Positions 28,012 to 36,412 of a stretch of 64,000 nucleotides of DNA are shown one piece after another. This DNA comes from Chloroflexota bacterium (GTDB lineage: Bacteria; Chloroflexota; Anaerolineae; UBA1429): contig JAAYDC010000012.1 in NCBI GenBank assembly GCA_012729455.1, positions 78,758-142,757 on the forward strand. Reading direction: 5' to 3'. The notes below the pieces were generated by a model. That model was not told the DNA's origin. It worked only from the letters and a program-made list of their open reading frames with translations, and did not search any database. How positions within the stretch are numbered: position 1 is the first letter of the stretch; each line of letters starts with the position of its first letter. The translations under genes were made by a program, and so were the position numbers.

Positions 28012-28199
28012 ATGCAAAGCTGCACCCCGAGGGTTCCAGATGTCAGCTGCAACCGCTGCATTATGCGCATCATGAATGCCCTGACCGATGCCGAGGCCAG
28101 GACGTCAACGTCGATAATGACGCCAAGACGGCGACATCCAGACTGGAGAACCGGATCCTGCTCGAGCGCATCAAGGCGTTATTGGCAGATATCGTGTAA
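28012..28199 (+). pseudogene. possible frameshifted small HMA-like (CxxC) metallochaperone gene
   Basis: Frame 1 gives MQSCTPRVPDVSCNRCIMRIMNALTDAE, then becomes Arg/Ser-rich. A -1 shift near 28095 gives GQDVNVDNDAKTATSRLENRILLERIKALLADIV*. Together these look like a beta-alpha-beta-beta-alpha-beta HMA fold. Speculative. Confidence 0.25.
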
Positions 28200-28287
28200 C
28201 CTGCCGCCTGAACATGTGTGATTTGCGGCGAATTGGCCTCGGGCGCATACTGTTATGCTAGTTCGCACCTTGTTGATGGAGCAATCT

Positions 28288-28878
28288 ATGCGCGTGTTTG
28301 CCCTGCGCGGCATCCTGCTGATCGTTCTGACTGCGCTGGTGCTTGGCGGTTGCCAGGCGCAGACTATTGTGACGGATACCCCTATTCCTGCTGCCAGCTC
28401 GCCAGCACCCACCGCGGTGGCGGCAGCCAGGCCAACCCCCGAGCTCGGCGCCCAGTTCGCCAGAATGGGCGAGCCGGCCATCGACTTTGCGCTGGATTCG
28501 CTGGATGAGACCCCCGTTTTCCTTTCTGATTTCAAGGGCAAAACCGTGATCGTGACCTTTTGGGCCACCTGGTGTCCGCCGTGCCAGGAAGAGATCCCCG
28601 GGCTGGTGACGCTCTATCCCGATCTGCAGGCCCGCAATGCCGAGCTGCTCTCGGTAAACGTGCTGGAAGCCCCCGACAAGGTGCGTGCCTATGTCCAGGA
28701 TATGGGGATCAACTACCCCGTCTTGCTGGATACGCGCGGATTGGTGGCCATGACATATGGGGTGCGCGGCATCCCTGCCAGCCTGTTTATCGACAAGCAG
28801 GGTGTGCTGCGTCACATCCAGGTCGGTGCCCTTTCGCGCGAGGTCATCGATTATTACCTGGCCGAGATGGAGCGTTAA
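28288..28878 (+). CDS. TlpA/ResA-family thiol-disulfide oxidoreductase, probable lipoprotein
   Basis: Signal peptide MRVFALRGILLIVLTALVLGGC with a lipobox. Thioredoxin motif FWATWCPPCQEE. GGAG lies 6 nt before ATG 28288, and alternative in-frame starts exist at 28255 and 28276. Confidence 0.85.
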   Translation: MRVFALRGILLIVLTALVLGGCQAQTIVTDTPIPAASSPAPTAVAAARPTPELGAQFARMGEPAIDFALDSLDETPVFLSDFKGKTVIVTFWATWCPPCQEEIPGLVTLYPDLQARNAELLSVNVLEAPDKVRAYVQDMGINYPVLLDTRGLVAMTYGVRGIPASLFIDKQGVLRHIQVGALSREVIDYYLAEMER

Positions 28879-29546
28879 TGTGTGCCTCTGAACCCCCGCG
28901 TCCCGCAAAGGCGGGGCGGATCGATCGGTGGATCCAGGCCCTCGACGATGGCATATCGCGCGGCCTGTACTGGTTTAGCCATCACTGGCTGGCCGTTATC
29001 ACCGTGCTGATCGGTCTGATGGTTGGTCTGCCGCTCCTGGCGCCTGCCCTGATGGCCGCCGGACTTGAGCCGCTTGGTCGCGCCCTGCATGCCCTCTACT
29101 ATCCCAGTTGCCATCAGATGCCGCAGCGCTCGTTTTTCCTGTTCGGCCCGCAACTTACCTATTCGCTGGATCAGCTCGCAGAGCTCATCGGCGGGACAGT
29201 GCCGGCGCGCTTTGTTGGCATCGAGGAGACTGGCTACAAGATGGCCATTTGCGAACGCTGCACTGGGGTTTACAGCGGTATGCTGTTGAGCGCGATCGGC
29301 TTTGGCCTGTATCGACACACCAGGCCAATCTCCTTCTGGGTGCTGGTCCCCATGCTGGCCTGGATGGTGGTGGACGGTACTGCCCAGTTGCTGGGGCTGT
29401 ATACCACTGGATGGGAAGTGCGCTTCCTGAACGGAGCCCTTTTTGGCGCAGCCGCGATCCTGGCCACCTTTCCCTACCTGGAGGCGGGCATGCGCGACAT
29501 TGTCTACCACTCTACTGTATCGCTCGAACCGCCGGCAAGCTCATGA
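28878..29546 (+). CDS. DUF2085 family membrane protein
   Basis: Start at ATG 28878 (TAATG overlap). Conserved CHQMPQRSF and CERCTGVYSG motifs with 4-5 TM helices. Confidence 0.75.
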   Translation: MCASEPPRPAKAGRIDRWIQALDDGISRGLYWFSHHWLAVITVLIGLMVGLPLLAPALMAAGLEPLGRALHALYYPSCHQMPQRSFFLFGPQLTYSLDQLAELIGGTVPARFVGIEETGYKMAICERCTGVYSGMLLSAIGFGLYRHTRPISFWVLVPMLAWMVVDGTAQLLGLYTTGWEVRFLNGALFGAAAILATFPYLEAGMRDIVYHSTVSLEPPASS

Positions 29547-30304
29547 ACACGCCCAATGTAAGCATCTTTACTGCGCTGATCGCCGGGTTATTAGCTTTCT
29601 TTTCGCCATGCGTCTTGCCTCTGGTACCCGCTTATCTGGGCTACATGGCTGGCACCACCGTCTCGGGGTTGGCCAGCACCAGCCGCTGGCGCATTGCCTT
29701 GCACGCGCTGGTCTTTACGCTCGGTTTTGGTCTGGTGTTTACCCTGCTGGGGGCTGCGGCGGGCCTGCTGGGCAGTGCCCTGGGGCGCTACTTGCCCGCT
29801 GTAGTGCGCATTGGCGGCGTGTTCCTGATCATCTTGGGGCTAGACCTGCTGGGGCTGGTGCGCATCCCCTTTTTACAGATGGAAAGACGCCTGGAAGTAC
29901 GCCCCAAGCGCAGCGGCTACTGGGCCTCGTTTCTGGTGGGCATGGTCTTTGCTGCTGGTTGGACGCCCTGCATCGGGCCGGTGCTGGCTAGCATCCTGGT
30001 TCTAGCAGCCAACAGCCAGACAGTATGGCAGGGCAGCCTGCTGCTGGCGGTGTTTTCGCTGGGGCTGGGAGTGCCCTTTATCGCCGTAGGGGCGCTCTTT
30101 CATGTGTTGCTGCCCCTGATGCGCCGCATGGGCAAATGGGTGCGCATCTTTAACTATGTGGGCGGCGGGTTGCTGATCGTGATGGGATTTCTGCTGCTGA
30201 CGGGGCTTTTCTCCCAGATCAGCTTTTATATGGACCAATTCGCAGCAGGTCCGGTTTTGGCGTTCGGCTTCTCCAGCACTATAATGGCCTCGTACGGGGC
30301 GTAG
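29543..30304 (+). CDS. ccdA: cytochrome c biogenesis protein CcdA (DsbD-family thiol-disulfide transporter)
   Basis: ATGA overlap with the upstream gene. Motifs FSPCVLPLVPAYL and WTPCIGPVLASIL. Confidence 0.85.
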   Translation: MNTPNVSIFTALIAGLLAFFSPCVLPLVPAYLGYMAGTTVSGLASTSRWRIALHALVFTLGFGLVFTLLGAAAGLLGSALGRYLPAVVRIGGVFLIILGLDLLGLVRIPFLQMERRLEVRPKRSGYWASFLVGMVFAAGWTPCIGPVLASILVLAANSQTVWQGSLLLAVFSLGLGVPFIAVGALFHVLLPLMRRMGKWVRIFNYVGGGLLIVMGFLLLTGLFSQISFYMDQFAAGPVLAFGFSSTIMASYGA

Positions 30305-30368
30305 CGCAGTCCGGTAGCGCGCACGGTTCGGGACCGTGAGGTCGGAGGTTCAAGTCCTCTCGCCCCGA
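30295..30368 (+). tRNA. tRNA-Pro (anticodon CGG)
   Basis: Hand-folded. Acceptor CGGGGCG/CGCCCCG, D stem GCGC/GCGC, anticodon stem CACGG/CCGTG with loop TTCGGGA, T arm GGAGG-TTCAAGT-CCTCT, discriminator A. No encoded CCA. Its 5' end overlaps the last 10 nt of ccdA. Confidence 0.9.
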
Positions 30369-30421
30369 CTCTAGCCATGCTGCTGAGAACGGCGTAGACC
30401 GCTCCAAAGCAGGAGAATAGC

Positions 30422-31750
30422 ATGCCCATCAGGATCCACGTTGAGCGCGTAAGCAAGTTTTTTGCGCTTCACAAGGATAGACCCCGCTCGTTTCAAGACG
30501 CTGTTCTGGCCCTTTTCCGGAGCAAGAAGCACCGCGAAGATGAGTCGTTCTGGGCGTTGCGCTACATCAACTTTACGGTTGAATCGGGCGAAATGCTGGG
30601 CATCATCGGGTCAAACGGTTCCGGCAAGAGCACCCTCTTTAAACTGCTTTCGCGCATTATCAATCCCTCCAGCGGCAAAGTCACCGTCAGCGGACGCGTC
30701 TCAGCACTGCTCGAACTCGGCGCCGGCTTTCAACCCGAGCTATCTGGCCGCGAAAATATCTTTTTGTACGGCTCGGTACTGGGGATCTCGCGCGAAGAGA
30801 TGAACGCGCGCCTGCCCGAGATCATCAGCTTTGCCGAGCTGGAACGTTTTATCGACGTGCCGGTCAAGTTCTATTCGTCGGGCATGTATGTGCGCCTGGC
30901 CTTTGCCGTAGCGATCAACGTGCAAGCCGAGATATTGCTGATTGACGAAGTGCTGGCCGTAGGCGACCGCGCCTTTCAGGATAAATGCCTCGACCGCATT
31001 GCCTCCCTGCACCACCAGGGCGTCACCATTCTGCTGATCAGCCACGACCTGGATTCGATCCGCCGGCTGTGCTCGCGTGTGATATGGCTGAACAAGGGCG
31101 AAGTGCGCATGGACGGCCCTGCCAACCAGGTGGTGAACGAATATCTCGCCTTTGTGTATGCCACCGAAGAGGCCAAGGCATTGAATAAAAAGGCTGTCAA
31201 CCAGAGCCAGGATAGCGCCGCAGGGCTGCTTGCAGAGGCCGACGACGCCGAGCTGCCAGTTGATGCGGGACTGGTCGATTCCCATCATGCCACCAAACGC
31301 TGGGGCAGCCGCGAGGCCGAGATCACCGATGTGGTGCTCCTGGATGAGCAGGGCAACGAGCGCCTGACGGTGACCACCGGTGAGCCGCTCACCATCGTGA
31401 TCCGTTATCAGGCGCATCAGACGATCGAAAACCCGGTTTTTGGCGTGCTGATCGTACGAAACGACGGCATCTTAATGAGCGGATCTAACACCAGCATGGC
31501 CCACTATCAGCTGGATACAATCAGCGGTGCGGGCGAGGTACATTACCACATCGCCAAACTACCCCTCCTGGAGGGGCGCTTTTCGATCACCGCGGCGATC
31601 CACAACCAGGACGAGACCAAAGTGTACGATTATCACCAATCCAGTTACCCCTTTAGCGTCCACCTCGGCGATGTGCGCGAACGTTATGGCATGCTCTATA
31701 TGACGGATGCGCATTGGTCACACTGCGGGAGCGATGTGCATGCTCAGTAG
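30422..31750 (+). CDS. wzt: polysaccharide ABC exporter ATP-binding protein (Wzt/TagH type) with C-terminal beta-sandwich extension
   Basis: Walker A GSNGSGKST, signature YSSGMYVRL, Walker B LLIDEVLAVGD. An extra ~190-aa C-terminal domain (EITDVVLLDEQG...PLTIVIRY...FSITAAIH) resembles the Wzt C-terminal glycan-binding domain. Confidence 0.85.
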   Translation: MPIRIHVERVSKFFALHKDRPRSFQDAVLALFRSKKHREDESFWALRYINFTVESGEMLGIIGSNGSGKSTLFKLLSRIINPSSGKVTVSGRVSALLELGAGFQPELSGRENIFLYGSVLGISREEMNARLPEIISFAELERFIDVPVKFYSSGMYVRLAFAVAINVQAEILLIDEVLAVGDRAFQDKCLDRIASLHHQGVTILLISHDLDSIRRLCSRVIWLNKGEVRMDGPANQVVNEYLAFVYATEEAKALNKKAVNQSQDSAAGLLAEADDAELPVDAGLVDSHHATKRWGSREAEITDVVLLDEQGNERLTVTTGEPLTIVIRYQAHQTIENPVFGVLIVRNDGILMSGSNTSMAHYQLDTISGAGEVHYHIAKLPLLEGRFSITAAIHNQDETKVYDYHQSSYPFSVHLGDVRERYGMLYMTDAHWSHCGSDVHAQ

Positions 31751-32567
31751 CCTACGCGAGCTCTATCAGTATCGGGGCTTGCTCGCCAACCTGGTGATCC
31801 GCGATTTAAAGGTGCGCTACAAAGGCTCGGTACTGGGCTTTGTGTGGTCGCTCCTGAACCCGCTACTGCTGATGCTGGTCTTTACCACTGTGTTCACGGT
31901 GATGGTCCCCAACCTCGCTGTGCCGAAATACCCCGTCTTTGTGCTTTCGGCGCTGCTGCCGTGGAACTTTTTCAGTTCTTCGGTCGCCAGCAGTATCACC
32001 AGCATCGTGGGCAACAGCCATCTCGTCAAAAAGGTCTATTTTCCGCGCGAAGTGCTGCCGATTTCGGTGGTAATCTCGAGCTTTGTAAACCTTATGCTGG
32101 CCTTTCCGGTCCTGATCCTGTTCATCGTGTTTTCACACATCCCGCTGACGATCAACCTGCTCTATCTGCCGATCATCATGTTAGCACAGGTGGCCTTTAC
32201 CATCGGGATCGCCCTGATTGTCTCGGCGCTCAATGTCTTTTTCCGCGATACGGGCATCATCATGGAAGTGGTGCTGCAGGCCTGGTTCTTTATGACGCCC
32301 GTGGTTTACCCTTTAGAGATGCTGCCCGAGTGGCGCTTGCTGTGGGGCATAATGGTGCCGGTGCGGCGCATCACTTATATCCTCAACCCCATGGCCTCGA
32401 TCATTGCCTCCTACCGTTCGGTTTTATACGGCAACTCTTACGGCGCAGCCCCGCTGGCTCCCGCGCCCGACTTTTTGGCGCGCACGGTCGTCACGTCACT
32501 GTTGGTGTTGGTCGTGGGGTATTGGTTCTTTCGGCGACAGAACCACAGGTTCGGCGAAGAGCTCTAG
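31740..32567 (+). CDS. wzm: ABC-2 type polysaccharide exporter permease (Wzm/TagG type)
   Basis: YRGLLANLVIRDLKVRYKGSVLGFVWSLLNP signature and 6 TM helices. Start at ATG 31740 (or 31734), overlapping the wzt end. Confidence 0.85.
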   Translation: MLSSLRELYQYRGLLANLVIRDLKVRYKGSVLGFVWSLLNPLLLMLVFTTVFTVMVPNLAVPKYPVFVLSALLPWNFFSSSVASSITSIVGNSHLVKKVYFPREVLPISVVISSFVNLMLAFPVLILFIVFSHIPLTINLLYLPIIMLAQVAFTIGIALIVSALNVFFRDTGIIMEVVLQAWFFMTPVVYPLEMLPEWRLLWGIMVPVRRITYILNPMASIIASYRSVLYGNSYGAAPLAPAPDFLARTVVTSLLVLVVGYWFFRRQNHRFGEEL

Positions 32568-33664
32568 CCCTGGGCGCGTAACAGCGCCTGATAGAGCGTT
32601 TGCGCCGTTCGGGCATAGGTGAACTGGCGGGCATGCGCGAGCCCACGCGCCACCATCACTTCGGCCAGGCCGGGCTCCTGCACCACACGGAAAATCGCAT
32701 TAGCCAGATCGGCCGAATCCTGCGGGTCGATCAGTAATGCTGCGTTGCCGGCTGCCTCGGGCAGGCTGGTAGTGTCGGAGGCTATCACCGGCACCCCGGA
32801 TGCCATCGCCTCCAGCACAGGCAAGCCAAAGCCCTCATAGAGCGAGGGATACACAAAGGCCTTGGCTGCTTGGTAAAAGGCCGGCAGATCGGCCTGATCG
32901 ACATAGCCGGGCATGATCACCCCCGACTCGGCAGCCTGCTGCACCAGAGCGTCGGCGTACCAGCGCTTGGGGCCGATCCACAGCATGGCCGGCACCTCAC
33001 CCCAGCTGAGCTTTAGGCGGCGATAAGCCTGCAGCAGGAGGTCGAGGTTCTTGCGCGGGTGGATATTGCCGATCGCCAGCAGATAGCCCGTGCCCACGCC
33101 ATAGGCACCCAGACGCGTGCGGATTTCGTCCGAAGATAAGCATTGAAAATAGCGCTCATCCACCCCTGGATAGGTCACCACTCCCTTGGCAGACGCCGCC
33201 GGGTAGTAGCGCGCAACCTCGCTCGCGGTATAGTGCGAATCAAACGCCACCACCTGCGCCTGGCGGATCGCCTGGCTCGTTAATAGGTGCATATAGCTGC
33301 TGATGCTGCGCGGAAAGTACTCGGGGTGGGCACGGAATGAGACGTCGTGCACGATCACAGCCCCGCGGCATGGCAGACCAAGCGGCAGAAAATAGGTCGA
33401 GAAATACCAATCGGGGCGGAGCCGGCGCAGGAGGCGCTCCTGCTGCCACAGGTGATAGGCGATTCGCCGATAGGGGCCGGCGTCGATCACTTCACCTTTG
33501 TAGCTGATATCTGCCAGAGCCTGGCGGCCTGGTGGCGAGGTGATCACGCTCAGGCGCACGGGCAGCCCAGCTGCACCAAAGCCCTGCAAGAGGCCCAGGA
33601 TAAAGCTCTCGTTACCGCCGCGCTGGCGGCCGAGATCTGAGCCGTTAATTGCCAGGTGCATCAT
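32564..33664 (-). CDS. glycosyltransferase family 4 (GT-B)
   Basis: 366 aa. C-terminal EGFGLPVLEAMASGVPVIASD EX7E-type motif. Confidence 0.85.
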   Translation of the reverse strand: MMHLAINGSDLGRQRGGNESFILGLLQGFGAAGLPVRLSVITSPPGRQALADISYKGEVIDAGPYRRIAYHLWQQERLLRRLRPDWYFSTYFLPLGLPCRGAVIVHDVSFRAHPEYFPRSISSYMHLLTSQAIRQAQVVAFDSHYTASEVARYYPAASAKGVVTYPGVDERYFQCLSSDEIRTRLGAYGVGTGYLLAIGNIHPRKNLDLLLQAYRRLKLSWGEVPAMLWIGPKRWYADALVQQAAESGVIMPGYVDQADLPAFYQAAKAFVYPSLYEGFGLPVLEAMASGVPVIASDTTSLPEAAGNAALLIDPQDSADLANAIFRVVQEPGLAEVMVARGLAHARQFTYARTAQTLYQALLRAQG

Positions 33665-34940
33665 GCTTCAACCCGCGTCGAACGGTGCGTTGGTAGGCTT
33701 CCAGCAGGATCGGATAGCGCTGCGGCCAGGTGTATTGGGCTACTGTGCCCTGGCCATGCGCCCCCATGCGCTGTGCCAGCTCGGGCTGGCTCAGCAGACG
33801 ATTGATGGAGTGGGCGAGGGCGTCGATATTCCCAAAGTGCACCAGCAAGCCATTATATTCGTGGGTGACGACATCCTGCACACCCCAGGCGCGCGCGCCG
33901 ATGACCGGCTTGCCATAGTGCCAGGCCTCGAGGTACACCGTGCCGAACGACTCGGTGCGCGAGGGCATCACCAGCAGGTCGCCGGCGGCCAGCAGGTCGG
34001 CCTTTTCCTGCGCAGATATGATCCCCAGGGCATGCACATTCTGGCGTTCGGACCGGGGCAGGTGCTGCAGGGCGCGCTGCATATCCGGCATGGTGGCGCC
34101 AGCCAGCACCAGATGATAACTGCGCCCCTGCTGCCACAGTTTGCGCATCGCTTTGAGGGTATACAGCGAGCCCTTGTCGAAACAGGCAGTCCCGATTGAA
34201 AAGGCGAATGGTTGCGTGAGGCGGTGCTGGGCGCGAAAGCGCTGTGCATCGCCGCCGGACAGCTCCGCCGGATCAATGGCTGAACCCACCACCGCAGCAC
34301 GTTCGGCAGGTAAGCCATGCGCCTCGTAGAAAGCACTTTCGGTGGGCGTCATAGCCAGCAGGAGGTCGCTGTTGCTCACTAACTCGATCTGGTGGCGCAT
34401 GGTGTAAAAGCTGGAGAGCGAGTCGTTGCCAGGCACGGCCGAGATGCCCAGGTGTGTCAGAGGAAAGGCCGCAAAGGGCACTCTGCGCCGTCCAGCAAAA
34501 GCCGCCGCCGAATGCATCAGCGATTCAAAGGCAATGTTCATGCCCATCACCAGATCGACGGGCTGCTCGTCCTGAGCGAGCCAGCGCTGCAGATCGGGGA
34601 CCCACGGCGTGTAGCGGCTCAGCGAGGCGAGGTAACGGGTGGGGAGCCAATTCAAGCGCGACATGATCCATAGCAGCCGGCGCATGGCCGAATAGCTCAG
34701 CGGCGAGCCGGGCAGGTGGCGGATCGGAAAGCGCCGCACCTGGATGCCATCTATCACGTCGTCGGCGCCCTCCAGGGCACTGCCGCGACAGTTCCAGATC
34801 AGATCTGCACCGCGCGCGTTGGTGGTCAGGATAGTAACCTGGTGGCCATCCGCCACCAGATGACGCGAGAGCTGGCCAAGAAGCTCCTCGGCCCCCCCTA
34901 CGGCGGGCCAAAAGCGCGGAGTTACCTGCAGGATACGCAC
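33645..34940 (-). CDS. glycosyltransferase family 4 (GT-B)
   Basis: N-terminal RILQVTPRFWPAVGGAE and C-terminal ESFGTVYLEAWHYGKPVIG motifs. GTG start. Confidence 0.85.
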   Translation of the reverse strand: MRILQVTPRFWPAVGGAEELLGQLSRHLVADGHQVTILTTNARGADLIWNCRGSALEGADDVIDGIQVRRFPIRHLPGSPLSYSAMRRLLWIMSRLNWLPTRYLASLSRYTPWVPDLQRWLAQDEQPVDLVMGMNIAFESLMHSAAAFAGRRRVPFAAFPLTHLGISAVPGNDSLSSFYTMRHQIELVSNSDLLLAMTPTESAFYEAHGLPAERAAVVGSAIDPAELSGGDAQRFRAQHRLTQPFAFSIGTACFDKGSLYTLKAMRKLWQQGRSYHLVLAGATMPDMQRALQHLPRSERQNVHALGIISAQEKADLLAAGDLLVMPSRTESFGTVYLEAWHYGKPVIGARAWGVQDVVTHEYNGLLVHFGNIDALAHSINRLLSQPELAQRMGAHGQGTVAQYTWPQRYPILLEAYQRTVRRGLKHDAPGN

Positions 34941-35005
34941 ATCGAGCCTTGTTGCTTGTACATGACCCGCATTATAGCACGGATCGCTCTGTCGGGGACG
35001 ACCGC

Positions 35006-36409
35006 TTAACCCTCGCCGCGAGGCTGCGCCAGGCGCGCCATTGCTGCGATGGGCTTGAGCACATGGTGCAGCACCTCGGTATCGTCGGCGCGCACACCCA
35101 TGGCTGCCAGGGCCTGGCCAGCCATGGCGACGACGTCATTTCCACTCTTGCGGCCGGCGGTGCGCTCTCGCTGGCGCAGTTGGGCGCGCTCCGCCAGCTG
35201 CTCTTTTTGGGCAGCTATGTACTCTACAAAATCCGCCAGGCGCGCAGCGCCATGCCGCGGATCGTGCTGCCGCGCAATGTACACGCGGCTGGCGGCCGAC
35301 ATGCTGGCGCGTTGCATTGGATCAACCGCCAAACGATACATGGCGCGGTAGAGCGCCTCGCCCTCATCGCTCGCTTCGGGGACGATGCGTATCACCGCAT
35401 CGGACGGTAGATCGGCTTGCGGCGCAATGTCCGAGATAATCGTCGGCACGCCCAGCCCCAGCAGGCGGATCGGTGTGTAGGGGATGCCGCCTACATGCGG
35501 GTAGCGCAGCTGCACGGCTGCATCGACAGCGTACATGTATTCGCTAAAGGCGGCTGGCTCGAGCCAGCCCGTACGCACCACATCATCCAGCAGATTGCGC
35601 TCGTTGAGCCGCGCGGTCAGGTCAGGATCCAGCGCACTGCCTACCAGCACATAGGCACAGTTGATCTCACGGCGCAGGCGCTGGTAGGCTTCCAGGGTGA
35701 GCTCCAGGCGTTTTTGCGAGTTAAATAGGCCAAAGGTGCCAAAGATGACAGTCTCCGGCGAGCCGATCTGGCGACGCAGGGCTTGAACGCGCGCCTCATC
35801 CGGCAGTTCGCCGGGCAGGTAAAAGGGAAGCGGTAACGTCTCGATCGGCAAACCCGGAGCAAGGCTGGCGACCGCCTCGGCCAAGCCGGCGTTGAACACA
35901 GCGGCGGCCAGGCTACGATCCAGTACGCGCTCTACCAGGGGGTAACGGCTCGCCAGACGCTCGAAATCGCCAGCCAGCACGCCGGCGATGATCGCCTCAG
36001 CTGTCTCGGCGCCATAACTGTAAACCAGTTCGTCGCGATAAGCAGCCTGGTTGCCGGCACCCCAGGTAAGCACAAAGATCGAATGGTGCAGCACCAGGTC
36101 GTGCAGCAATAGCACACCGGCGCGCTCCTGCATGGCGTCCAGCATATAGCCGTGGAGGCGCGGCTCGTCGCCCAGGTTGTAAAGCGCCAGGTCGAACTGA
36201 TCCGCGAGCGTCCGATACTGCGTATAAGGCAGCACGCGGATGCGCAACCCAGCCTCAGGGCGGAAAATGGCTGCCGTGGGCTTGTATGCGCCCGAGGTGA
36301 CCACGGTCAGCTCAAAGCGGCGCGCCAGCTCGGGCAGATAACCCTCGATGACATCCGCCAGGGCGGTGCGTTCGGGGGTAAGCGGTGTCAGCAGGGCAAT
36401 GCGTAACAC
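35006..36409 (-). CDS. glycosyltransferase (GT-B like) with ~90-aa C-terminal helical tail
   Basis: MLRIALLTPL... N-terminus and a GT-B-like C-domain (GGIPYTPIRLLGLGVPTIISD). GTG start 3 nt after the upstream stop. Confidence 0.7.
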   Translation of the reverse strand: MLRIALLTPLTPERTALADVIEGYLPELARRFELTVVTSGAYKPTAAIFRPEAGLRIRVLPYTQYRTLADQFDLALYNLGDEPRLHGYMLDAMQERAGVLLLHDLVLHHSIFVLTWGAGNQAAYRDELVYSYGAETAEAIIAGVLAGDFERLASRYPLVERVLDRSLAAAVFNAGLAEAVASLAPGLPIETLPLPFYLPGELPDEARVQALRRQIGSPETVIFGTFGLFNSQKRLELTLEAYQRLRREINCAYVLVGSALDPDLTARLNERNLLDDVVRTGWLEPAAFSEYMYAVDAAVQLRYPHVGGIPYTPIRLLGLGVPTIISDIAPQADLPSDAVIRIVPEASDEGEALYRAMYRLAVDPMQRASMSAASRVYIARQHDPRHGAARLADFVEYIAAQKEQLAERAQLRQRERTAGRKSGNDVVAMAGQALAAMGVRADDTEVLHHVLKPIAAMARLAQPRGEG

Positions 36410-36412
36410 GCG

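Noticed and set aside
28012-28221. The 69-aa ORF read as an intact single-frame gene.
   Set aside because: The second half (RTSTSIMTPRRRHPDWRTGSCSSASRRYWQ) looks like out-of-frame translation. It is reported instead as a speculative frameshifted HMA-like remnant.
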